From: the human T2T-CHM13v2.0 reference genome, Homo sapiens
DNA length: 64,000 bases
Reading direction: 5' to 3' (one strand)
Assembly (NCBI RefSeq): GCF_009914755.1
Contig: NC_060932.1
The notes under the pieces: generated by a model
Seen by the model: the letters and a program-made list of their open reading frames with translations, nothing else
The model's database searches: none
What the model was told of the DNA's origin: nothing
Position numbers and translations under genes: made by a program
Part shown: positions 13,866-27,658 of the stretch, piece after piece
Layout: every line of letters starts with the position of its first letter
How positions within the stretch are numbered: position 1 is the first letter of the stretch

Positions 13866-15589
13866 GGGCTTTAGTTGCTCATCAATGTAATGGCTGATTA
13901 CTTCTCAAGAAGGGAAAAGGAAATCCACTTTAGGCCTCAGTCCATACCCACCCTTTGGAAATGGTTGACCAAATTTCAAGAGGAGCTCAATGAAACACCA
14001 TCTAGGCTATGAAATGACTCCAAACTCACATCTATGGTCTGGTCTTTCCAGGTGATGGCTCTGCCACATGGCCGAGACCAGCTTCTTAGCTCTCTCCTAC
14101 ACAGGGAAGGCAGACTTCCCCTGATCTGTAAAAGCCAGTTTAACGATAAACTCTAGGAAATCCTAGCCAGTTTGGTGATGAACCCTAGAAAAACAGATAC
14201 CAATTCTCCTTGTGTTGTTTTAACTGTTCATGGGGTCTGGGGAGAAAATCCAATCTGCAGAGAGGAAGACATGAGTTTGGGGGCTTATAAAGACTTGTCA
14301 CTCTCCTGTTTATTTCCTTATTTTCTGACTTCCCCTTGCAAGTGTGAGTGCCTATGACCTGAATGCATGATGAGGGACACAGAGCCATGTGGAACAAGCA
14401 GGCGGCAGGTGGAGCTGGTGATGTCTCTGGGTGCTCCACAGTGCAGAGTCGTGTGCGTCGCACTTCCCTCCTGCACCCAAGTCAGGATATCTAGGTGTAA
14501 ATAACTGCTGCAGCACATCAGGCAATTTCTTCTGGAGAATTTATGGGGATTAAAGTGCCCAGCTTGATCCAATCAATCATCAGTAGCCAAATATTTTCTA
14601 AACATCTAGCATTTATTCATTCAAATGAAATAAACATTTACTCTGGACCAGTAAGATTTACAAAGATGTAGAGACAGAAAACTCTAATTGTGTGATTTCA
14701 GGATCCAGCCTAACTCCTTAGGGTGCAGGGGTGGGAGTGGGGTCAAGACTTGATGCCTTTACCATTTTCTGGAATAACAGAGAACTCCGAAATGATGCCT
14801 GGAAGTCTCTTTGCCTACGGGTAAGGCATGAGCCCTAAAAGGGATGCAGGAAGGGACAGGACAGGTCTGAAGATGTCGCTCCTGCATGTCTGAAAACCCA
14901 GTTTGTCTCCACTCCTCCCTAGGGTGGTCTCCCACTGGAGTCAATGATGCTCCCAAGTTAACAAACACAGCTAGCCTCTTTCCCTGCAATTCTGTCTCTC
15001 CTCTTTTGCTGGAATGGTAATTTTAAGTCTCTAATAGCTCCTCAGGGCACTGAGGTGAGGCAAGAGGGGGATGTATTTATGTTCACATTTGCCAGCCTGT
15101 CTTGCCGGGTGATAGCAGGGCTGATGGCACAGCTGATGAAAGCCACCGCTCCATTCCACCCGGTGAAGAGCAAAGCAGAGTTAGTTGCATCTCCCCGGTG
15201 ACCAGTCTGCCTGCTGCTCTCAGCTTGGGCCAGCCCACCATGTCCTCTCACCCACTCCTGGCTTCAAGTCAGTCCCAGCAGTCCATGCATATTCATGTTG
15301 GGGCAGCAGAACCCTCCTCAGAAGGGTTGTCATACTGGGCATTTATTATTCACTGTCTCTAGCTCTCTGCATGGCCACCAGACAGGAGGCCCCTCCATAG
15401 GCTGGCTGCAATGTCACTGCCAGCAATGGGGTTAGCAGAGTGGAAAAGAACAATAGCACATCATTAATGGGGGGGGGAGGGCTGTTCTGGTGGTGGGTAC
15501 ATTAGCAGGTAGTCAGCATCCTGAGATCCACCCAGAGGTGCGTTATGAGACTGATGCCATTGTGATTGCTGTCACTTGGTCTAACAACA

Positions 15590-15820
15590 GCACCTGCATT
15601 GCACACTTACTGGGCAGTGGGTCTCTGCTGGGCACTCACTCATGCACTTCCAGGTATGCTCTCCCATTGAATGCTTCCAGCTTTGGGAGATGGGTATTCA
15701 TTGGTATTTTGAGTCTACAGATAAAAAGCTGGCATTTGAAGAAATGAAGTAGCTGATCCAAGCTCATGCCACTATGAAATAAGAGATACATCCAAGCCTT
15801 CTGACTCCTGGTCTGCCTTG
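15590..15820 (-). mobile_element. MIR
   Basis: Diverged MIR core in reverse orientation (CTACAGATAAAAAGCTGGCATTTGAAGAAATGAAGTAGCTGATCCAAG). Confidence 0.5.
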
Positions 15821-17409
15821 TTACTGCTAACGCAAGCCGCCTCTGCAGGTGCGGTTATCCCTGGAGGCACTTCCATTAAGTCCAGTCAGCCTCCCTCTTA
15901 CCCGTTTTGCACAGGCATACATTTGCCAAAGCTGTGCTTCTGGAAGGACTTACACAGATTCCAAGTTGAGCATCTGAGAAAGAGCTGAGAAAGACATGAG
16001 AAGTCCCCTAGTTCAAATTCTTGTTTTAATAAATTGGGAAACTAAAGTAATAGCCAGACATCAAAATCAGTTCTTCCAGCACCTTGCTCTGATGCTAGGT
16101 CTTTTACCCTCCCTGTAGGCCCTGGTTGTTTCACCAAGTCCAGCCCGTGGGCCTGGCTCTTTAGGCCTATAGTCATCTGCACCACCCAGCTAAGCCTGTT
16201 TTCTCTCACCTGGTGCCTAACCTGTTAACTCCATTCAGATTCCCAGGTGGGTCCCCCCATTGCCCGGAAGATGAGCTTTGCTCAGCCTTACCTTTGCATC
16301 TTCGTGTGGGCTGTTTCCTCATCTTCTTCTAAAATGTTACTTTTTCCTAGCCTCTGTCTGAAAATTTAAAGTGTCATCTCCTTTGTGGATCTGTGTCCAG
16401 CTTAGCCCTGTCTTTTCTTCTCAGAAATCCTACTTCATAAATTGTTGGACTTCATTCATCTCCACTTCTAAGTCCTTGGTTAGATCAAGGAGGGCAGGAG
16501 TGCTGTGCTTAGCTCATGGGTTTTTTTCATCATTTGATAAGAACAAGAAGGCACATAGAAGTTCCTGAAGACATTCTTAGGAATCAACAGATGCATAATA
16601 ATGTTGTCCACTTACAACCCTCTATCTCTGATATCACTATCTCTGCCTGCTTCCAGCATAGTACACAACAACCTTTCATTCACAAATGCAAGAAATGTTT
16701 AAGGAAGAGACGCTACTTGTTGGGTACCATAAGCAGTGTGGAGGGGGCAGGATGGATAAGCATACATGCCCACTAGGAGCTTATAATCTAGTGGAGGAGA
16801 AAGAAGTAACAGGCTGGAGAGTATCAAGGAAAGAAGATAACCTGTCTGGCTGAAAGAGAAGCCATCTGGGCTGTGATATCACTGAGCAGGTCTTGAAACA
16901 TGACGCTTAAGTACCTCCTATCCTCCCCTGCCCACCGCAGCTGCATTTTCTCGCCTGCCATTCGCTAGTGACCCTGAATTTCCAATCGTGCCCTACTTCA
17001 GCTTGAACCCTCCAGCCTGTTGTGATTGGTTATTTCCTTTTTTCTATTAAATATTCCCAGCTAGATGTCCCTCTGATAAAGTCCTGTACATTCCATTTGA
17101 AAGTATGAATGACGGGTAACCATTGTTGATGCTGCCCTTGGAGACAATGACACATGAAGGATTCCTATGGAGGAACTCTAGATATTGGAGACAAGTTATT
17201 TGGAGAGTTGTTTGGGGACAGATTTGGGGCTTCCCACATGCCCCTTAAAAAATAACATGGAGTTGGAAGCAACCACTGCTTTCAGTTTATCTCCTCTACA
17301 AGCAATTAAGTTTCCACAGTGAACTAATGAATGATTTAGGATTAACACCCAGCTCTACACTGGAACCCCAAAAATGTGCTGAGAAAGAAGAGTTAAAACA
17401 CATGCTGGG

Positions 17410-17694
<285 letters not shown>

Positions 17695-18171
17695 GTACAG
17701 TGGAAAAATTTTCACCTATATAAATATTCCAAAAATCAGGAAAAAGTTAAAATAGAAGGATGGCAAAGGGGCTTGCAATCGCTTAAGCATTTTGTATATA
17801 TGAGCCGCTCTGTAAGACCCATGGTGGTAGAACCGTGTCTGATTTCCTGCTATAGTCCTAGAAAAGTGGGCGGCACAGTGTCTGGCACTGGCTCCGTCAA
17901 TATTTTTAGATTGATTTCTTCTTTTTTCCTTTCTTTTTCTTAATACTAGTAATAAAAGAGTAAGTCAACATTGCACTGTTCATTAGAGTGCCATTTGCAT
18001 ATCTGCCTGAGAACTCTGTCATATTGTAGCATAAATTGTGCAAAAGACATAGGCTCCCTGGAGATATGGTAAGAGGAAGTTGATGTTCCTAATTGGGCCA
18101 CCAAACCCAGGAGTGAGTTAGTCACAAAAGCATGATAACACATGTACTACAGTGAGGTTGCCCTCAGGGAA

Positions 18172-19430
18172 GCATTTGTTCATTCATTCCTATGCAACAC
18201 ACATTGTTAAGCACGCATGTATAGTATGTACTGTGTTAGACCCGGCAATTTGAAGAAAGTGTCTAACCTCATAGGATAAATAAGCAAATAAACCAATAAA
18301 TGAGTTTTAAAAGGAGTACTGTTATCAAGAGAACAAACTGGGTTCCCTTAGGGAGACTAATTAGGGTTAATGGTACTCACGTAGGTAAAGCGACCCAGAA
18401 GGGACGTTCCGAAGAGGTGACCTGTAAGCTGAGACCTGAAAAAAGCCAGCCCATGGAGGGCCAGGAAAGCCATATCTAGGTAGAAGAAAGTGTAGGTTGG
18501 TGTAAAGGGCTTAAGAAAGGGTGGGTGTGTTAGATGGAAAGAAGGCAACATGGGCAGAACCCATGAATGAGAGGAAGGTGGGATAGAATGAGGGCAAAAG
18601 CGGGTCCCCAGGTTAGGTTTTTTCAGAAATACAATAGAAATATGATACTTCTAAAAGAGTCTTCTAAGGTAAGGGATGGATTCCACAGCACTCAGAGAGA
18701 ATGTTGGAAGACCAGTTGGAGAGAGATTGCAGTAGTCTTAGCAAATGGTAAGAGTGATAAGATAGATTGGGTCCGGGAAATGACGGAGACAATCTAGAGT
18801 GACACTCAGGCTTCTGGCCTAAGCAGCTTAATAGGAAGTTGTCCCATTTACTGAGATGGCAGGTGAATGGAAGAGGAGCTAACTGAGGGGGACTTTAAGA
18901 GTTTAGTTTTGGACATGTTAAGCCAAATGAGCCCTATACCCAACTAGAGAAGTCAAGTAGAAAATCAAATATACAAAGCTGAGGTGTGGTTTGCCTTGGA
19001 GATATAAACTTGGAAGTTGTTGGCTTCCCAAAGGTGCTCAAAGCCAGGAGAATGGTTGAGAACACGGGGAGAGGGAGGTGAGAAGTGGCCACAGCAGTTC
19101 TCTTCAGGGCACTTGAGGTAGAACTTGGGGAGCATGGCAGCAAAGGAGCCTGAGATTGAGCAGCAAAATGTAAGAGAAAAATCTAGGGGTGTGTGATGTG
19201 ACATTCACAGAAGCCAAGAGAAGGGAGTTTAAAGGAGGAAGAGTGATTGATGATGCTAAATATTACAAAAATGTTAAGTAAAGCCAAGTGAGAAAAGTGT
19301 CCCGTAGATTTGGCAACATGGAGGCCATTGGTGATGTGGATTCAAAAAGATAAAGTGAGGGTGATTGCAGAAAATCAACTGGAGTAGGCTGATGTGTAGA
19401 ATGGAAAATGATCAATTAGAGGCAGCCTGT
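18172..19430 (-). mobile_element. L2 long fragment
   Basis: CATTCATTC-type L2 tail on the minus strand; GAGTTTAGTTTTGGACATGTTAAG and TAGATTTGGCAACATGGAGGCCATTGGTGA motifs. Confidence 0.75.
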
Positions 19431-19440
19431 GAATCTATTC

Positions 19441-19826
19441 TTTTTTGAAAAAAATTTTATTAAGTTCCAGGATACATGTGCAGGATTTGCAGGTTTGTTA
19501 CATAGGTAAACGTGTGCCGTGGTGGTATGCTGCACCTACTAACCCATCACCTGTGTATTAAGCCCTACATTCATTAGCTGTTTATGCTGATGCTCTCCCT
19601 CCTCCTGCCCCCGCAACAGGCCCCAGTGTGTATTGTTCCCCTCCCTGTGTCCATGTGTTCTCATTGTTCAGCTCCCACTTACAAGTGAGAACACGCAGTG
19701 TTTGTTTTCTGTTCCTGTGTTAGTTTGCTGAGGATAATGACTTCCAACTCCATCCTTGTCCCTGCAAAGGACATGATCTCATTCCTTTTTATGGTTGCAT
19801 AGTATTCCATGATCAACTATTAAAAA
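19441..19826 (-). mobile_element. 5'-truncated L1PA (PA8-10-like) 3' end
   Basis: L1PA 3'UTR in reverse (ATACATGTGCAG...GTTTGTTACATAGGTAAACG); TSD GTGAATCTATTCTTT (19429) / GTGAATCTACTCTTT (19827). Confidence 0.92.
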
Positions 19827-19965
19827 GTGAATCTACTCTTTACCAAAGTTTAGCATCTGAGTGGAAGAAAAGAATGGAGTTGGGGAGGAAGTGGGGTCAA
19901 TAAAGGAAATTTACCATGTGTAAATGGCTCAATCCTTGCCTTGGGGAAGGCAAGGAGGAGAGTTA

Positions 19966-19987
19966 AGTTCAAGGTCAGCAAGGGTCA
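19966..19987 (+). promoter_or_regulatory. Candidate nuclear-receptor composite element (DR0 + DR4, includes TCAAGGTCA ERRE/SF-1 site)
   Basis: AGTTCA-AGGTCA-gcaa-GGGTCA; motif match only. Confidence 0.35.
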
Positions 19988-20934
19988 CACTGACAACTTC
20001 CCCAGAACAGCTCCTGAAGATTTGCTTTGCATTACACAAGAGTATGAGCTACAGACTTAACAGAACCAAGCAATCTGTGGGTGCAGTAGGGTAGTAATTT
20101 ATGAGGAATTACTGGCTGGGCCCAAGTTAGAGCTGCAGCACTGAAGTCCTCATTGGGCTGGACAGAAGGGATTGGAGTGAGACGTATACTGAGGCAAGGA
20201 AGTAGATCAGATGAGGAAAGCAGTAGTAGAGGGCCCTAGCATTTTTATGTTTCCAGTGGACAGGAACAAGGACGAGGCAGTTGTGGTAGTATTGATATCA
20301 GCTGGGGGTGGGGGTGGTGGCTGGTCTGAAACTATAATCCTTCACTAATTCACAAATGGGTTTCCCCGACAATGAAGGAGAAGTCAGGAGACCATGTTTG
20401 ACCCTGTTTTTTTTGTGGTTATGCTGCTGCTGTTTTCTCATTTTCAGTACGGGGACATCCAGCCTTCAGGGGGACTCTGGAATACTTGCAACACAAGGCA
20501 AGCAAGCACTCTGAGTGGGATCCAGAGCTTACTTGATGTTCACCATGACCGAACTGTCCAATTTCCCAAAAGGCCAAGGGTGTATCAGAAAACCAGAGCT
20601 ATGAAAACAAGCCCAGATGCTTGCACTGTGGCTGCAAGAAGCCACCAGGCAGGGAGAGGAGTTCTCTCACTGTCAGAAGTTTTGTCAGCCTCTGTCCTTC
20701 TGCCACTCTGTCTGGGGATAGGCACCTGTGGTCAGGGGAACTCAAGGGAGCACCAACCCAGGTTACAAAAATCCCCATCACACCAGGCCTCGAATTCTCT
20801 GAAGGAGATCAGATAGGATGCACTTCCCAAAGCGTCCCCATCTCCACCAGCCTTCCCCACAATGCTGCTTCCAAAGCCTCAGTGCTGCCCAGTCTGATAT
20901 CTGAATCCGAGTGACAAATGGCAGCAGAAGCTCT

Positions 20935-21145
20935 TTTCTTTAGTATCTACTGTGTGCCAGGCACCATTCTAAGAGCTTTTCATTTTGCTAGTCATTTATT
21001 TCTCACAAAAACTATTTCAGGGAGGTGCTCTTAGTAATTCCATTTTAGAAATGGGGAAACTGAGGCACAGAAAGTGTTGTGAGTGGGCATATGGTGACAT
21101 GAATGGGAAGAGGCAGAGGTGGGGCATGGACCCAGGCAGGCTGCC
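20935..21145 (-). mobile_element. MIR
   Basis: CTACTGTGTGCCAGGCACCATTCTAAG...CCATTTTAGAAATGGGGAAACTGAGGCACAGAAAG. Confidence 0.85.
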
Positions 21146-21350
21146 TGAGCACCATGGCAAGTGCTGTAAATGAAGCTCTTTCCTCCTAGGGAAGCCTGCT
21201 TCATCATCAATGTCTCACCTGCTCCTTTTGACGGTCTCAGACTGATTTACTCTAGAAAGTTAACAGGACATGCCCTGTGTCTGAACACCTAATTGTTAAC
21301 CAGGCATCCTCTAAAAGGTTGGACTTCGAGACTCACAATAGTTTTTCCAG

Positions 21351-21680
<330 letters not shown>

Positions 21681-21954
21681 AATAGTTTCTCTAGCCTCCT
21701 GGAGGCAGAGGAGGGCTCCCCAAGGGTATTCTAGGCCATCCCCACTCCCTCAACCCCTCTGTTTGAAGGGTTGCCAGTCATGGTGACCAAGCCCTGCTGG
21801 CTTGGTTCTCAGGAGTCATTTCACTGGAAATGTAGTTTATTGACCTTAGTTCAAACCATTCCAGATAGGTCTACAGAATGTAGCCCAAATATAAGCTGGG
21901 GTCTTGATTGAGACCCTTTGCCTAGACAGGATATGACCTCATGCTTTCTGTGAG

Positions 21955-22259
21955 TTTTTTTTTTTTTTTTTTTTAAGATGGATTCTCGCTCTTTCTCCAG
22001 GCTAGAGTGCAGTGGTGGTGTGATCTCGACTCACTGCAACCTCCGCCTCCCAGGTCCAACTGATTCTCGAGAGGCCTCAGCCTCTTGAGTAGCTGGGACT
22101 ACAGGCATGAGCCACCAAGCCCAGCTAATTTTTGTATTTTTGGTAGAGACGGGGTTTCACTATGTTGGCCAGGATGGTCTCAATCTCTTGACCTCGTGAT
22201 CCTCCCGCCTTGTCCTCCCAAAGTGCTGGGATTACAGGTGTGAGCCGCTGCGCCCGGCC
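21955..22259 (-). mobile_element. Alu (AluSc/Sg-like)
   Basis: Poly(T) then reverse Alu; TSD GCTTTCTGTGA on both sides. Confidence 0.95.
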
Positions 22260-22689
22260 GCTTTCTGTGACTTTTATGCACTGACTTCCATTTCCATCAC
22301 CCATGCCTGCTGGGAGCCAGCGTGACTCACCCTTGCCAGTTCAGTCTGTAATCTGGTTCTCCTCTCCCTATGCACAAAGGATCCCTATCTGGGCTTGGGG
22401 CAGGTATGGGGAGGCCTCTCTTCCAAGTGGCCGACACCCTAGAAGGGGATTGGGTGGCAGGTGGTACTGTATACAGTTAAGTTGGAGTTGTTCTGCAGAG
22501 CTGGGGCTGAGGATCAGTAAAAAGGAATGAGGCAAGGGAAAAAAAACAGGTGAGCAGATAAATGTTCTTCCAGAAGAACTGCTTAGACTGATGGCTTGCA
22601 TTCTCCAGGTCAGCCAGACCCAGTGTCCCTGTCACTGTTCCTAACAGAGCCTGTCATCACTACATGATACATATTTACTTTATTTGGAG

Positions 22690-23625
22690 TCAAGTTAATT
22701 GAGGTTAAAGTTACATGCAGTAAAATTCACACTCTTTTTGTGTATAGTTCTGTGAGTTTAGAAAAACACATACTGTCATTTAACTACCACTGCAATCAAG
22801 ATCTAGAACATTTCTGCCACCCTTTGCTTATCAACCCCCTCCTCTAACCCTAGGCCCCAGCAAACACTGTGCGTTTTTTTTTTTTGTCTCTGTAATTTTG
22901 CCTTTTCCAGAATGCCATATGAATGGACTTACATAGTATTCAGGCTGTTGAGTCTAGCTTCTTTCATTTAGCAAAATGTATTTCCATTTCATCCGAGTCA
23001 TTGCTTGTATCAATAATTTGTTCGTCTTTATTGCTGAGTGCTATTCAGTTGTGTGGATGTGTCAGTTTATCCATTCACTGGCTGATGGACATAGAGTTGC
23101 TTCCTGTTAGAGACATACGTAAGTAAAGCTGATTATTCCTGTACAAATATTTGTGTAAGCATAGGTTTCCATTTGTCTTGGATAGATAGGTAATATATTG
23201 GCTGTGTCACATGGTAAGCATATGTTTAACTTTATGAGAAACTGCCAAACTATTGTCCAGAGTGGCCGTACCCATTTGCAATCCCACCATAAATATATGA
23301 GAGCTTCAGCTGTCTGCATCTTCCACAACATTTGGTATTGTTAGCTTTTTGCACCTGTTTTGTTTTTAATTTTAGCTATTCTGATAGGTGTGTAGCAATA
23401 TCTCATTGACATTTCAATTTGCATTTTCCTAATGTTAGGACACGGAACGCTTTTTCAAGTGCTTCCTTGTCATCTGTATAGCGTATTCGCTGATATGTCG
23501 GTTCAAATCTTTTGTTTATTTTAAACATTGGGCTATTTGTATTTGTGTTATTGAATTTGGAGAGTTCTTTATATATTCTGGATACAAATCTATCACATAT
23601 GCAGTTTATAAATATTTTCTCAACA
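22690..23625 (-). mobile_element. Old L1M (L1MB/ME-like) 3' region
   Basis: TTAATTGAGG...TATAGTTCTGTGAGTTT; AGAAACTGCCAAACTATTGTCCAGAGTGGCCGTACCCATTTGCAATCCCACC. Confidence 0.85.
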
Positions 23626-23989
23626 GATAGTTACTTTAATACAATTTGTCCTCCTCTTTGGATTTCAAATACCATTCCCACTTCTCACCATTAGGCTGGC
23701 AGAGTTAGAGGAACATGAATACTTTAGTCTTGATTTTCTAGAAGACAGAAACTGAGACACAGATATACTTTTAAAAACCTGCTGCTTCTTGTATCACAGA
23801 GAATTGGAGCCAGGTATGGGACTTGATCACTGAGAAGGGAGTCTTAGAATGTGTTTGAAATTATCCCTCACCTTATAGGGCTGCCGTTTGTTTAAGTGAG
23901 CTCCAGCAAACCAGTGTCATCAGCTTACTTCCGGGGAAGGGTAACAGGTATTTGTCAAATATCTCTCATGTGCCAGAAATTAATTTAGA

Positions 23990-24350
23990 TCAGGGACCAA
24001 CAAGCTAGGCCTGAGGGCCATATATAACCCTTTACCTGATTTTGTACAGCCTGTGAACATTAAGATGAACGTTTGCAACTGACATGATGACAGAAAAAAC
24101 TCACTTTGAAACCCCAATTAAAGGACATGCAATCCTCCCTGCGAAGAAGTCAATTTTTTTATTATAGACATGTATTTTTTAAAATGATACACAGTTATTA
24201 TTTTAATATATATTATTTGATATTCTGAATTTTGTGAACCACAAACTTGTTTTCTCTTTTGTTATGTTAATAATACTTACATAGTACCCTCAATTTTACC
24301 GCTTGGTCTGCAGAACCTCAAACTTACTCTTTGGACCTTTGCAGGAAGTT
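23990..24350 (+). mobile_element. MER58C-like hAT-Charlie element
   Basis: CAGGG...GGCCTGAGGGCCA...TTTTGTACAGCCTGTGAAC at the 5' end; TTACTCTTTGGACCTTTGCAGGAAGTT at the 3' end. Confidence 0.6.
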
Positions 24351-24824
24351 ATGTCTTTAACCATTAAAACTACAACAACCTATTTTACAGAGAAAAGTGA
24401 AGCTCTTTGCAAAAGATAAGTAAGCTGTGTAAGGTCACCCAGTTAATGTCAGTGGAACAGGAATTTTGGGGGATGTTTCTGACTTCAAAACCTGGTCCCT
24501 TTCCAAAAGTAAATTCACAGCAGCAATTTAGCAGAAAATAGAAAAGAACAAAAAACAATTTTGGTGGGTGGGGTGTGGGGTTCTTGGCTCAGGGCACGGC
24601 TTCTGCAGGTTCCTGAACCTGTTTTTGTCCAATTCACAGGCCTGTTCATGGAGACCAGGAATTCATCAGAGGTACCTCACAATCCTATGGGATTCTCAAA
24701 CCATGCCAGCGACATTCCGTTCTCCTTATCCTACTTCACTAGCTGAAATGTATATAGAAATTTTTAAAGCTTTCCAATAACAAGATTTTTTACTAAAGCA
24801 AAGCCTGTTAGCTACAGCCCTGTG

Positions 24825-25075
24825 AATGGTGTTAAGCACATGGGCCATGGACCCGGGACACTGGGTTCAACTCCTAGCTCCACTCTTAGGAGCCATGTGA
24901 CTTCTGGTTAAGAAGCTAAACAGAGGTAGCTGGATTTACCTTTTTTGAAATAGGATATAATAGGACCTATTCATAGGTCTTCTATGAGGCTTTAATGGGT
25001 TAATATTTGCAACGTGGTTAGCACAACTCCTGACATAGCACAGGTACTTTATCAGCATATATTAAATAATAAAAT
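24825..25075 (+). mobile_element. MIR
   Basis: GTTAAGCACATGGGCCATGGACCCGGGACACTGGGTTCAACTCCTAGCTCCACTCTTAGGAGCCATGTGAC. Confidence 0.8.
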
Positions 25076-27593
25076 AAATGCTTGATTAATCAGAATACTG
25101 AATTACCAGAAAACACATCTCTTCTCCTTCTAGCTCATCAAAATGTTTCTATATTAAATGGGTCTTGAAAGAGCAAAAGGAAGAGAAACTTGAAAGCAAC
25201 AGCATTGCCTCAACTTCCTCAGTGTGATCATTCTCTGGTGGGGGACAGAGAAGCAAGAGGGGAATGTGTTTTGCTACTTTCAGCCAAAGTACACATTCCC
25301 CAACTCTCCAATCCAGGAGACTGACCTGGGTTTCACCAAATTACAATTATTGTTATTTGAGCAATACGTAAAGCTTTTGATTCTGAAATGATGATCCTTG
25401 TAGTCGAAAGCAGCAATTCTACATCAAATTACAATTATTTATAACATCATCAGGCTAGGAAAATGCAGCACTTTGGTGACATCTTGCCCTTCCATGTCAG
25501 GAGATCATGTTTATGTCTACATTTCCCCTCTCTGGCTTCAGAAAGCCACACCCAGGTGTATCCCCTGCTGGTACCCTAATTAAGATTCTTCACCTCCCAC
25601 TCCATTTCCCCGACACACACAAATGGCACTCAGTGCTGGTGAGGGTGTGAGACAGATAAACACTCTCAGACACTGATGGTTAGGCTAAGCAATTGAGATG
25701 TTTCCATCAAGAGCCTTAAACATATTCTTAAATCTTAAACAGATTCCACGTCTGAAAAGACATCAAGACAAAAAGGGTGTGTGTGGCAGCGTTGGGGGTG
25801 GGAGTTGTAGAATTTAAAGGAGAAGAACTGAATCTGACACATGATGGGTGTTGCCTGACGAGTGTGTGTGCATCTGAAGCCAGAGGGCAGTAGGTGGTGT
25901 GTTCCAGGGTCCTTCTGTGAGCACACCTGCTGCACTGTAGCTGCTGGTGCCCAGAGATGGGCAGTGCTGCAGACCCACGTGCTATAGGACACCGCAGTGC
26001 CCAAACAAGGGCATTGCAGTCCATCCACGCACCACGAGCATTGTCTATTGGAGTCAGAATGGATCTGGGAGACAGACTTGGCTCTGCCCTGGCTCAGACA
26101 CCCTGGGACAGATTCTGCAGCCCGTTGGGGGCACTGCCTGGGTGGAGTCAGTTCTTCGGCTTGGCTGCCTAAACCTTTCCCTACTCACTGTGGGTCTGAG
26201 GACCTAAGACATGAGCAAGTGTCTTAAAAGTAAAGTTTCTGTACAAGTATTAGGAATTATTATCTAGATCCATATGATTTCAGAGTCTTTTAATCTTCTT
26301 AGGTTAGATTCTCAGATGCCCTACGGTATCTTTAGTTTTTTGTCATAATTCAAGAGAACTCATCTTTAATTGCTTTAATTTAAGCAAATAATCAAAATAT
26401 CACAATTTTAAGGATAACTGAAACACTACAATTTTAAGGAGAACTATTGAAATCAAGTAGAGGACCCCAGGTTAATAATATTAATAGTCAGAGGCACCGG
26501 GAGAGGATTAGAAGGTTCATTTATTTAGCATACAGGAGATTTGGTCTGACAAAGATGGCCTCATTGAATCCTCAGGAGACAAGATCTTACTCCCATTTTC
26601 TACCCCCAGGGAACAGAGGCCAAGTGCCTTATCTAAGTTTAGGGAAGGTGGAAAGGGCAGAGACAGGATTTGAACCCAGGCATCTGACCACAGGCCCATG
26701 TGCTTTCTCAACATTGCAGCTGGCCACTTTGCAGGGCTGGCATTTCAGTGCACTGTTAGTCCTCAGCCGTGCAAATGTTCCAAATCACAGAGAAGGACAT
26801 TTAATCTGTTCAGTGATCTGTGGAACCGCTTAGGAACTGGAAAAGGAATTACAGGGATGAGTCATTCTCTGTCAGCAGGTGAACTGTAATGGAGTTTTTA
26901 TTACTATTTTATTTATGTGTTTGTCCAAAAAAATGGAAATAATGCACCAGAGCCCCCTGATGGCTGTTTCTTCACTGGGCTCTGCCTGTGGGTGTGTGTG
27001 AGATGTGTGTGTGTGTGTGCATTGGTCTCACAGATCTCACGCGGGTCTCATGCTCTGTGAGATTTGGAGTTGAGAATAGTTTGTGCAGAATTATATTGGG
27101 GAATCTAGTGGCTGCATTTGTGTGTGAAGGAGGGTGTGTGAGTATGAGAGAAAGTAAAGACATTGTGTGAATTATTGATAAAGTGCCTACTGAAATGTTC
27201 TGTAACTTCTGATACCCTGAGCTGTGTGATCCTTTATTTTAACTAGAAAAGGAAATGTACAGTGACCTAGAGCTCTTCTTAGTCTTCAGATTACATTAGT
27301 CACAGGTGCCTAATTTTGATGTTGTCCTTTAGTGAGGTGGACTCTGTTCTTACCAGGAACCTCCCTTGCTGCCATTGATTCTGTACTCTGAAGCTCCTCT
27401 CCTTTTCTTCTCTCAAGGCATAGGAGGGTGTTAGATCCTCCCCAGCCCAGCTAGGTTGTTGACAAAGCTCATGAGTATCTCTCAGGGAGACGCTCCGAGG
27501 TGCAGGTCATGCGTGGTCTGAGAGAACTCGAAGGCTCTCAAACCCACGCAGCTCAAGTCCCTTCTGATATGGCGGACCCTAACTTCTGAAACC

Positions 27594-27658
27594 TAGACTT
27601 TGACCTTAGTCTTGACCTCATCTGAGCGAAAATGAGCATTCTGAACTTGGGTTGACCT
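27594..27658 (-). promoter_or_regulatory. Candidate nuclear-receptor element cluster including a perfect DR5 RARE
   Basis: TGAACT-tgggt-TGACCT (27642-27658 = AGGTCA n5 AGTTCA on the minus strand); TGACCT n6 TGACCT at 27601-27618. Confidence 0.4.

Noticed and set aside
14721-14742. G-quadruplex motif GGG-N4-GGGG-N1-GGG-N3-GGGG
   Set aside because: The pattern is real but common at this GC content, with no supporting context.
20433-20510. Good splice acceptor (TTTTCTCATTTTCAG) inside a 140-aa ORF
   Set aside because: No convincing GT donor or protein similarity; isolated acceptors are common. Needs RNA evidence.
25875-25970. CTCF-like words (GCCAGAGGGCAGT, GCAGTAGGTGGTG)
   Set aside because: Each misses key positions of the core motif; cannot be supported without PWM scoring or ChIP data.
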